From: Mytilus trossulus
Taxonomy: Eukaryota
NCBI RefSeq assembly: GCF_036588685.1
Contig: NC_086377.1
Coordinates: 5,394,001 to 5,458,000 of the forward strand
Reading direction: 5' to 3'
Length of the DNA: 64,000 nt
Below are positions 12,947 to 24,350 of the stretch, one piece after another (the first letter of the stretch is position 1; each line of letters begins with the position of its first letter). Made by a program: the position numbers and the translations under genes. The notes beneath the pieces are model-generated. The model searched no databases, had not been told where the DNA came from, and saw only the letters and a program-made list of their open reading frames with translations.

Positions 12947-14309
12947 GTGAGACGAGTGTCGTTAATTGGGTTGCAATATATTGACAATTCTTATTGGATG
13001 TTTTCTATACAGCTACCATAGCATCACATACGTTTGTATTGAAATTATATCTCAGAATTTGACAATAATCACCAAGTTTATATGTGCATTTCACAAAAAG
13101 ACAAGTTGAGGTTATAGTGACAGACATTGTTTGGACAAAAATGGTGAAACACACTAAATTAAATTGAGAAGTGATTGGGAGGTTTGTATTAATGTCAATA
13201 TTGCGACTGGATTGGTATAGCAATATCATGAAATATGAATCGAAAATCGTTATAATTAACACGCTTTTTTTTTAAATGCACTAAGAAATGCCCGCAATAT
13301 ATCTGAATTTACAGTTACTTATTATTTTTCTTTATATGACGTTAGTATCATGTTACAAACTGATATATTTTTCAAAATGGAAAACAAAATTACAAAAAGA
13401 AATATTTATCATTTTCTTTTATACTAAAAGCCAATCGCTCTTAAATATCCAAAACGTGTGTTTTTAACATCCTTATTTCGCAATACTTATTCTACGAGTA
13501 AATCAGAAAGTTTAATTTGCGGATTTGGCATAATTGATTTAATTCGTTTTTCCCCTACAATTTTGTTAATAACTCCCAGCATTCATCGTTTGTTGTTCGA
13601 AACAACCAGTCACTATTCAAATTGCAGGAGAGTAAAATATAAAAAAAACAAGTGTATTTACTCAGTAAGAGGTGTATTCTAAGGTTATATATAAAAAAAA
13701 TCGCACGTGCATATTTAATTATAAGAAAACATTAGCATTTCATTGGTCAACCAAATCGCTCTGATTGTTTTTAGATATGTGTAATAGTGATACGGCACAC
13801 GAGTTAATATAATCAAGTATAGATATTCGTACGGCCTTAAACAATGAACAAAGCCCATACCGCATAGTTAGCTATAAAAGGCTCCGAAATTACAATGTAA
13901 AATAAGTCAAAAGAGAAAACAGACGGCCGAATATATGTATTAAAAATGAACGAAAACCACACATAACATATAAACATACGCCAATCAATGAATTGCAAGC
14001 TTAAGTTGTTAAACTACAAAAGGATCATACATTAACCTCACTGTACATAGTCATGCAAGTTAAATGTTAACAATACTAATGTGAAAGAGTTTCTTTCTTG
14101 TTATATCGATTATCACGGATTGACTTTAAACTTTGAAATAAGATGTCCGTTAATCAGGAAAACTTGTCTTGGTACTATAATTCGTGTTTGGCACTGATAA
14201 TTTGAGAGAATAATGAGTGAATATGTTTTTATTTGAGTTTTGTTACCAGCTATATTAAAAAATAGTCAACTTTATAAAATCATAAACAGTACTGTATGGC
14301 TGTACAAAT

Positions 14310-16459
14310 TTAGTATGGAGTACTTTTTTTCCTATATCCACCGCCATTACGAGCGTATCCGTTTCCATATCCAACTCCATTTCCACCTCCATTTCCAGCT
14401 CCTCCGCCATTTCCATAACTACCATAACCAACTTTTGAACCTCCGTATCCATATCCGCCTACATGTCCATAACCACCATAATCTACTTTTGATCCTCCGT
14501 TTCCATTTCCGCCTCCATTTCCATTTCCGCCACCATTTCCATTTCCACCTCCATTTCCATTTCCGCCTCCATTTCCATTTCCGCCTCCATTTCCATTTCC
14601 GCCACCATTTCCATTTCCGCCTCCATTTCCATTTCCGCCTCCATTTCCATTTCCGCCTCCATTTCCATTTCCACCTCCATTTCCAGCTCTTCCGCCATAT
14701 CCTACTTTTGATCCTCTGTATCCGTATCCGCCTGTATGTCCATAACCACCATAATCTACTTTTGATCCTCCGTTTCCATTTACGCCTCCATTTCCATTTC
14801 CGCCACCATTTCCATTTCCACCTCCATTTCCATTTCCGCCTCCATTTCCATTTCCGCCACCATTTCCATTTCCTCCTCCGTTTCCATTTCCGCCTCCATT
14901 TCCATTTCCGCCACCATTTCCATTTCCACCTCCATTTCCATTTCCGCCTCCATTTCCATTTCCGCCACCATTTCCATTTCCGCCTCCATTTCCATTTCCA
15001 GCTCCTCCACCATTTGCAGCTCCTCCGCCATTTACATAACAAACAAAACCTCCTCCATTTCCATTTCCAACTCCATTTCCAGCACCACCGCCATTTCCAG
15101 CTCCTCCGCCATTTCCAGCTCCGCCGCCATATCCTACTTTTGATCCTCCGTATCCATATCCATCTCCATTTCCATAACCGCCATAACTATTTTTTGATCC
15201 TCCGTTGCCATTTCCGCCTCCATTTCCATTTCCACCTCCGTTGCCATTTCCGCCTCCATTTCCATTTCCGCCTCCATTTCCGTCTCCATTTCCATTTCCT
15301 CCTCCATTTCCATTTCCACCTCCGTTGCCATTTCCGCCTCCATTTCCGCCTCCATTTCCATTTCCGCCTCCATTTCCATTTCCGCCTCCATTTGCAGCAA
15401 CTCCGCCATTTCCAGCTCCTCCACCATTTCCAGCTCCTCCTCCTCCATTTCCAGCTCCGCCGCCATATCCTGCTTTTGATCCTCCATATCCATATCCGCC
15501 TCCATTTCCATAACTGCCATAACTATTTTTTGATCCTCCGTTTCCATTTCCGCCTCCATTTCCATTTCCGCCTGCATTTCCATTTCCGCCTGCATTTCCA
15601 TTTCCACCCCCATTTCCATTTCCACCTCCATTTCCAGCTCCTCCACCATTTCCAGCTCCTGCACCATTTCCGCCTGCATTTCCATTTCCACCCCCATTTC
15701 CATTTCCACCTCCATTTCCAGCTCCTCCACCATTTCCAGCTCCTCCACCATTTCCAGCTCCTCCACCATTTCCAGCTCCGCCGCCGTATCCATAACTACC
15801 ATAACTACCATAACCTAATTTTGATCCTCCATAGCCATATCCGCCCCCATTTCCATAACCACCATAACCTACTATTGATCCTCCGTTTCCATTTCCGCCT
15901 CCATTTCCATTTCCGCCTCCATTTCCAGTTCCGCCACCATTTCCATTTCCATTTCCATTTCCATTTCCACCTCCATTTCCATTTCCGCCCTCATTCCCAT
16001 TTACACCTCCATTTACAGCATCACCGCCATTTCCAGCTACACCACCATAACCTACTTTTGATCCTCCGTATCCATATCCGCCTCCACTTCCATAACCACC
16101 ATAACCTACTGTTGATCCTCCATTTCCATTTCCGCCTCCATTTACATTTCCGCCTCCATTTCCATTTCCGCCTCCATTTCCATTTCCGCCTCCATTTCCA
16201 TTTCCGCCTCCATTTCCATTTCCGCCTCCATTTCCATTTCCGCCTCCATCTCCATTTCCATTTCCACCTCCATTTACAGCTTCTCCGCCACTTCCAGCTC
16301 CTCCGCCATTTCCAGCTCCTCCGCCATTTCCAGCTCCGCCGCCATTTCCAGCTGCTTCGCCATAACCTACTTTTGATCCTCCGTATCCATAGCCGCTGCG
16401 ACCGCCATACTCAACAATATAACTGCCGCTGTGTCCATTCCCATATCCTGTGCCATAAC
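14310..16459 (-). CDS. Exon 2 of a secreted Gly/Asn/Tyr-rich structural protein (shematrin-like shell/periostracum-type glycine-rich protein)
   Basis: Uninterrupted 2.15-kb frame of (GNGNGG/GAGNGG)n blocks separated by seven GGSKVGYGGYG...GYGYGGSK blocks, ending YRKKSTPY*. Phase-1 acceptor ttcaag|16459; AATAAA at 14233-14228. Confidence 0.85.
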
Positions 16460-16962
16460 CTTGAAGTGTAAACGCTAAAATTTCAAATTTCAGGGAAACA
16501 TAGAAACGATTCATCAAAAACAGGCGCTGATGAATACATTTTAGACAAACGTTTTATGTTTGCTCACTTACATTACAAAAAATATTGTTTTAATGTTGTA
16601 AATACACATGATGCATGAAATCAAATTATCAGGATTATTGGTCCTGTTATACATGCTACTCCATAGAGTAACTTTTCTTGTTATGCAACAGACTATTAAT
16701 TAAGTTCGGACATTTAAAAAAAAGAATAACTATAATTTGATCGTGCATTCTTTTCCGTCTCCTACTCCTCTTTCAGACGTGTGTCTGGTGCAGATACAAA
16801 TTTAATCCTGGAATCTATGATAAGTTTATTTACAACCACTAGGTCGATGTCTCTGCTTGTTGCGTTTAATTATGTGCTGACATGAATTATCAATGATGTG
16901 GTCATATTTATAAATTAACTATTTACACTACTTTAAATCCTGGTATATATGATGAGCTTGTT

Positions 16963-17039
16963 TCTAGTGCCCCTCCCACTGACTCCATACTAAACGCTAT
17001 CACCTTTGTCGCTTCCATCATCATATCCTGGGCCATAAC
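16963..17039 (-). pseudogene. Relic pseudo-exon paralogous to the start of exon 2
   Basis: GYGPGYDDGSDKGDSV*YGVSGRG aligns to GYGTGYGNGHSGSYIVEYGGRSG. It is preceded by tttacg (broken acceptor) and has an in-frame TAG. Confidence 0.6.
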
Positions 17040-17079
17040 CGTAAATCATATATTACTGTGTTTAGTTTAAACATATTTA

Positions 17080-17410
17080 TTTATAGTGGATTGGGAAACA
17101 AGTTTTGCAACTTATATTAATCCCTTTCCACTTTGCAGGTGCGAGTTCTATTCTGCCTTGTAGCGGCATTAGCCTACACTTTTTCGAAATCAACAAGGGT
17201 GTATTTAACGTGCAAGAGATATGTCTCTCTCTCTTTTAACACGGGTCAGCCATTTATCGTCCCCTTCCGACGGACTATCATCGTTTCCTCAAGACCATAC
17301 TCGCAAATGGTGTCGAGGGAGAGCCGAAATTTGAGTTCCTTAAATTTTCTTCCCAAACGGGAATCGAACCAGGAACCTTTGTGATAGGAGTCCGATGCCA
17401 TTACTGCGTA
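17080..17410 (-). mobile_element. tRNA-derived SINE in the intron
   Basis: Minus-strand head ...GGCATCGGACTCCTATCACAAAGGTTCCTGGTTCGATTCCC with a B-box; body contains TGCACGTTAAA, resembling a MetaSINE-type core. Confidence 0.7.
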
Positions 17411-17466
17411 ATATGGTGGTAACATAAAAAAAAGTTTAAAACAAAAATACTGTAATATTCACAAAC

Positions 17467-17617
17467 CTCCACCACTACCGCCAGATCCAGATCCTCCGCC
17501 ACCGACACTTGCACCACCGGCGCCATACACAACACTGTACCCTCTACCGTTTCCATATGGGCCATGGCAAAATGTAGCTCCCACAAAACTCAACAGCAGA
17601 AAAGTAAACATAGTCAT
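17467..17617 (-). CDS. Exon 1 of the Gly-rich protein (signal peptide + Gly-rich start)
   Basis: ACCATG context; MTMFTFLLLSFVGATFC-HGPYGNGRGYSVVYGAGG.... Phase-1 donor GGAG|gtttgt at 17467/17466 matches the exon 2 acceptor; the spliced CDS is 2301 nt (766 aa). Confidence 0.8.
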
Positions 17618-17649
17618 GGTGACTGAGGTTTGACGATTGTAACTATGTG

Positions 17650-17690
17650 TGCTGATACGACGGCTGCGATCTGTATTTATACTCATTGGT
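17650..17690 (-). promoter_or_regulatory. Core promoter of the Gly-rich gene (TATA box + Inr-like site)
   Basis: TATAAATA at 17681-17674; TCAGC initiator-like site ~28 nt downstream (~17653); CCAAT at 17689-17685. Confidence 0.65.
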
Positions 17691-20600
17691 GTAGAAGTGA
17701 TGTATGCAGAACAATTAAACTTGATTGAGCATGCGCAATTTAGCATGACTTATGACAGCCATTCGTTTAAAGAAAAATAAAAAATGAGCTCTTCTAATTA
17801 AATATTTTTCTACTTTTTTTTTAATCCTTTGAAGAAATTATATTGTTACTGTATTGTATCACATAATGATTCTAAATATAAACCTACTGGCCTTATGGTA
17901 TTAAATCGTTCACGTGGTTCTTTGAACAACACCGTCGTTGTCTGATTAAAAGATTGATGAATCAAGGTTAACCAAAGAGGATCTTTGTTTCTTACAAAAA
18001 GTGTATCCAATTTTTATTCAGCCCTGATGGATAATATTCATAGGATAGTTCACATAAAATACTAAAGTGATTACATGTTTTATTCGATATCAACAGTTTA
18101 GACAGTGATATTTTCAATTGTTGAACTGACTTTACATCTAGCTTACTATGCACTTCACCGAGAAGATATATACAATATAATGCATGTACTGTCAACTACT
18201 GTGAATGTATTTATTTTTGAGAGTATCAATTTTGATGTATACCTGAAATCTGGAATATTCGTGGATATTTAATTTCGTTGTCTTGTCAATCTCTGTACAC
18301 AGAGCCTATTGAAAATTTGCTATTCGTTTAACATTTGAATTCGTGGTTCATCTTTACCCACATAAACCACGAACATTAGTATCCAACGAATACTAATGAA
18401 TCCACATTATTAATAGTTAGTATTGACGTCTTTATCAGGTTTGCAGGTTTACAGGGACATCTTAGTTAGTTGCTTTGTTTTATGCGTTTGTATATTTGAT
18501 TTTCTTTTGTAAAAACACTGGTGTTGAATATCTGGAATATAATTCTCAAATCAGGTTTAACTCGACATGCCTGTACAAAGTTAGAAATGTGATAATTGTT
18601 TCATGTTCATTTCGGATACTTTCATGATCAAGTTATATATAGATATCATGTATACAACTGCAATACAATTGTATTGATCTATTTGATTATCTCACAATTT
18701 CTTCAATAAAAACAGCACTTGTAATTCTTTAGATATTAAGAAGCCTATTGCTCATTTTCATTTTGTTTACCTTCATAATAATTTTAAACTTCTAGTTATT
18801 AGTATTTGTCTGATATTAGAATCATTTTTTTTTATTATATTAAACTCAGAGAAACAGACAATGATGACTCTTTTGGTATTTGAACCAATATTAAGAATTC
18901 TAATAAATGAAGTCTCTTTGACACATTATCAATTTTAATGCTTTAACCTATTTTACATCAATCATATAATTAATTTCAAAACAATGTTCAAATAAATTGA
19001 ACACAAATAAAAGAGTTCATTTTGATAATCGTAGTTTAGCAAATTTTCATGTGTTTCCTCTGTCTGGTGCTACCACAATTCGCCGTTTCAGAATCTAATG
19101 CATTTTGGATAATATTTTCAAAAGCGTACACCAAAACGTTTTGATTGGTTTAAAACGTAATACACAATGGAAATTCAACCAATGACGTAACGTTATTTCC
19201 CTTTAGGGGTACGAACAATGAAATTACCCATGATGCTTTAGATTATGAAACGGCGAATTTTTTGTATACTTATTAAAATATATGAATGTGACAGTACATT
19301 CCTATGAGAGACGAAAAATACCAGAGAGACAGTAAAACTAATAAACCGAATATAAACTGACAACGCCATGGCTAAAAATGAAAAATACAAACAGACACAC
19401 AATAGTACACTAAACTGAGGAGCCAAACAAAACAATATTTAACCTTCTTTTTAAAACCAAGAATATGTGATATGATTGAGAATGAGACAACTACTCATAC
19501 AGGAAAAACGACATAATGAATAACGAACAAAAATGATCACAAAAACAACGTCTGCATTACAGGTTTTAACTTTGAACATCTCATAAAACAATTACAAAAT
19601 GTTTAAAATACCCACCGATCCCTCAATCCTTGGAGGGTGATGTTACAATACATCATAAGGACACCTTAACAAAAAGTTGAAAAAGGATACCGATATAATT
19701 GCATCAACACAGAGTTGTCGTGGTAGGGTAACACAGACAAGAAAGACAGATATGCGAGTACTCACAGTTACTGACATTCAGTTCAAGGTCACATGAAAAC
19801 CATGTTACTTTGGACACAATATCAATCAGTACACATTCGTCATCAGCATTCAGACAAAAACATAAAGGTATGCATTGGCAGAGCCAAGGACTTCCATATA
19901 TATAAAGGAAGATGTGGTATGAGTTTTAATGAGACAACTCACCATTCAAGTCACAATATGTAAAAGAAAAACCATTATAGGTCAAAGAATGGCTCACACC
20001 GAAAAAAAAGATACATAGTTTAGAATGAACATCCAATTTGACATAGCGGTCATCTTAGTTGAACAATCTATGGCAAACTAGATGATTCTAATTTTGATTT
20101 TTTTTAATTTCCAACACATCAGTAGCAATATATCAACTTCATCTTCATTTGGGATATTCTGCATGTTGGAGCTTTCAATTAATACTTATATTTTGTAAAT
20201 CGTCATCAGTCTCTGAGGATTATGTTGATGGTGCGTATCAACTTCACAAACAATACACAATGGAATTGAGTTTGATCTTGGTATTGACGTTGTTTATAAT
20301 ATTGCTATAATCTTCATTTATCTGTGTTAATTGTATGATTGACGTGGCTCGGTTCTAATACAGCATTGTGCTATGGAAATGTTTTGTATTGTCTTTCGTT
20401 TTTGTGCTTGTGTGCTTAGTGTCAATTTATTCATTTTTGTGTTACTTTGTTGACATATTTTATTCATAATTAAGATTAATATTAGAATAATAACATCATG
20501 TTGACTGATGCACTCTTATTTTTGACATTTTCACCTAAAAAGTTTTTAACCTATTGTTGTCAATCAAATGGAATTTTATGCCACTGTCATACAAGTGAGA

Positions 20601-23600
20601 AGTTAATGAAGCTATGCCACCAGGTATAATCTACCACTTTATAAGTTAACATATGCAATTTCTAAAGGTTTTGGTTCGCTTTTGAAGTGAATTGATACAT
20701 TTGGAACTTACGTTGCCTTTAGATAATAGTTGCGAGGATTATGAGTAATTTATGATTATTATAACTTGAAACGTTACTTGGTATATCTTGACAGTGTGTA
20801 TGCCATGTAAACCCTTTATTTGAATAACTACACTCATGTCATTTTGCTGAGTTGTCAATGGTTACCGGTCTCATAAACGTATGCTCATCATTTAAATATT
20901 CATAAGAAGGGTTGATAAATCAAATAACAAAACACAAATAGTTTATACACGCGTTACCTATTAAACCATTTACGAAAAATGTACATTTGAATATACACTT
21001 TCACTCTGTTAAACGATCAATAACTTTAATATGTTAAAAACTTAAATAGCAGAACCATACATCAATTGTAATTATAATTCACTTAACAAGTATGTCTGTA
21101 TACCAAGTTCTTTAACTAAAACAAATTCAGAAATGTTTAACCAACATATCTTTACAAGGACATAGTGTTCCTCTTGTATCAAGTGGAAGAAAACAAATAC
21201 ATATTGATCCGGATCTGTCGACGATGACCTGTTATATCTTATTTGTCTGAAAACTACTGTCCGTTTCAACAGGCAATACTGAAAAAAACCAGTATCAACA
21301 TAATAAAAGAAAAAATAATGATCTTTAGGAGTTGATGCATTTGGATGCAACCCCCCCTAAACAAATCCCAAACCTAACAAAAACTGTCGTATATCTAAAT
21401 ACTACATGTTTATGCATTCGTGTATGCATTGATAATGCGTAATTAGTGCTGCAAAAAGTAAAGAATGCGTGGAAACCTTGAGTTTCAAAACTTATATTTT
21501 CACTGATTTAGTCATTAAAAAAAGCTCCATTTCAAGCTCAAACATGAAAAATCTATCAAATATGCCAAAAATGTTACTTTTGAGCTCGATTTTGTCAAAA
21601 ATGAATGTGGCTGCATCCGTGTTCATCCTCAACTTTTAAGCATGTTATGTATTATCATCAAATACAACGTATCTTTCAATATTATGAATGAACGCGAATG
21701 CGGCTACTTTCATTAAACACGGAAACCGTCTAAAATTTAGCTAAACTGCTATAATTGTGAAGATTTCAGTAAAATGGATGCTAGTACCCAATATATTGTG
21801 CATTGCATAGTAAAAACAGACCATATTTATGTAGCAGAAGCATACTACTTTAAAAAAAAGAATAAAAGATTGCATTTTCACAATTGTGTAACACTGCTAT
21901 ATTTTGGGGCCAAAAAGGGGTCTTACTGAACCTACTCCTTTTGAAAATATACTAACGTTTACCATCTGAGAACAATATGAATATTTCAAAGAAAGTGAAC
22001 CACAAAATCGGAAAGGTGTCATTGGATTCATAGAAGTTCATCACACAATAGTTTTATTATTGAAACACTTTATATTCTTATTGATAATAGAAGATGATTA
22101 AAACAGTTGGCAGATTTTATAGTTATCTCCCTGTAGTGTTATGTACCACAGTAATAATATCATCTCATGTACACCGTGATTTTATTAGACTTTTGACCAG
22201 CAGAAAAATTACATGTCATACATCATATTTTTTTAATAATCAACTTAATTTAGTGTAGCTTTGAAGGTATATTTATAGATTATGTCCTATTACTTTAACA
22301 CATGCAACCAAGGAACATGCTATCAATCTTCTCATGGACATATTGGTTTAGTTGCTCTCTTGCGGTTACGATTTTAAATAGAATAGTGATCGGTCAGGCA
22401 TATATTTAGTTTCTGAAGTATGCAAGGTATCTGTTTCCTTAAATTTTAAACTAGAATAAAAACAATTATGTGTTGCTAAAATATTTCACTGTTTTTTTTT
22501 ATTTCAATTTCTATAATCAATCGTATACATATATGTATAATTGGTACTGAATAACAAAAATATTCATTGTTCACTGTTCTACTTCTTATCACCATTGTTC
22601 CCCAATTGAAACAGGAAACAAAATTGTCCACGTACTTTCTTAACCGAACAGCATAGTCTTCAGAACCTGCATGTAACCACGATGAATACAGATATGATGT
22701 TCATACTCAAGTCGAACTAAAACTAACACATCACAGACGACAAACAGTTCAAAGAATCATCAAAAGATAAAAAAATATACAAAATACAACAAATAAGTAA
22801 CCAGATAATGACCACCATAATTCGGTAATATCAGATGCAAATGTTAGAATAGCAGGAGATGGTTACCAGGATTATAATTTGATACGACAGACGCGCGTGT
22901 AGTCTACGTAAGACACATAAAGTGAAGCTCAGATCAAAATCAAAACTTAAAAAGCCAAACAATTATAAAGTTGGAAACTATTAAGGACCGAAAATAACAA
23001 AACGTTGTGTCAAAGACGGCTCAGGCAATCTACTTCTGGGATAAGAAAATCGTTAGTTTTCCAAATATTCAACGTTTTGTTAACTGGTAATTTTTAAAAA
23101 TTACCATATTTAAAAATTACCATATAATTGATATTCGTGTTAACACCAAAGTGCTGACTACTGGTATGGTGATACTGCATGTGTAAACATAAAACGGATA
23201 AGTAATCGATAGCAAACGATCTATAAATTCGTAAATAATTTGCTAACCATTAAGATTCTTAAGTCATGTGTGATTAGGTCTAGATATAGTTATAGCTTAA
23301 TGTTTTAAATAAATTTTAGATTGTGTTAACTTAAAAGTTATGAAAAATATGAAAACATCAAATTCATTGCATCTCATTCGGGTAACACAAATGACTGAAT
23401 TACAATACCGCTATTAATCGAATATAACACTTGTAATGACCGAATAACACTTGAAATGTAATATAAGAACATATCGGTGACTTTTAAAGTCACAAGAAAC
23501 CTGAAATATGCATATGTTTTTTTTTATAACTAAATGGATAGTTTTCAGTATACAACTTATGAAGATATACTTTTTCTGAGGAAAATTTCTTCAATTTGTC

Positions 23601-23849
23601 AACATTTTAAAGAAGTTTACTTATTTTCAATTGCTTGCTTCTAGGACGCAATTCGCCGACATATTTTCCGTATGCAAAGTGACCCGATCGTAACCCTCCT
23701 CGTAAAGATCCGGTGATCGCAATACGCATGGATCTGTCATTAAAATAAACCAATATCTCATTATACATGTTAAACACGTGCTCAATACCCATGCTGTTTG
23801 TGATTTGTTTACTATAACGTAACAATCGGTAGAACTCGGCTTGAAAACA

Positions 23850-24350
23850 CTGCAGTAATTTGTGCTGGAAGCAACTCCGAAAATGTATTACCTTTCCAAT
23901 CTTCCGTCTGAAATCTTACGGCCATTTCGGTTTTTAAAAAGTCAACAACATGGAAGCGCAATACTTCGACGGAAGTATTCCTCTGTATTTTCACTTTCTG
24001 TAATTTGCTCTAGGCCTCTGTCAACCTGTTATTCTAGGTCTTGTAATTTCGGTACCAATATGCTCTGCGACCTTTTCTGAATCTTTAAGCCACACAGAAC
24101 TTTCTTCTTCAATGTTATTTTTATTTAATATTGTTAAAGGCAGTTTAAATATCTTGGTCTCTTTTCTGTAATTTAATAGAGAGAGGTTTGATTGTTTCTA
24201 AGCAGATTTTAACAGCTATAAATGCACTTATAAATGATGATGTCTTTACTGTACTCAAAATGCCTTGAGCTTTTGTTCTTGTTTCCCTGTCCCAACTCCA
24301 TGGGCCATTTTGTAATTCTACTAAGTCAATTTCCACGGGGTTCAGCATAT
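23850..24350 (-). mobile_element. hAT transposase fragments (ZMYM1/THAP12-like), degenerate
   Basis: SFISAFIAVKICLETIKPLSIKLQKRDQDI and FLKTEMAVRF; homologous to 44.1-44.4 kb and 46.3-46.8 kb. Confidence 0.7.

Noticed and set aside
14240-16471. 743-aa plus-strand His/Phe-rich ORF (RLHFHF)n, plus the WKWRR, MEMEAE and PFPPP frames
   Set aside because: Shadow frames of the GGA/AAT repeat; no ATG start or signal peptide. The promoter, splice sites and poly(A) signal all support the minus-strand Gly frame.
17340-17410. tRNA gene
   Set aside because: B-box present but no complete cloverleaf; it continues into a SINE body.
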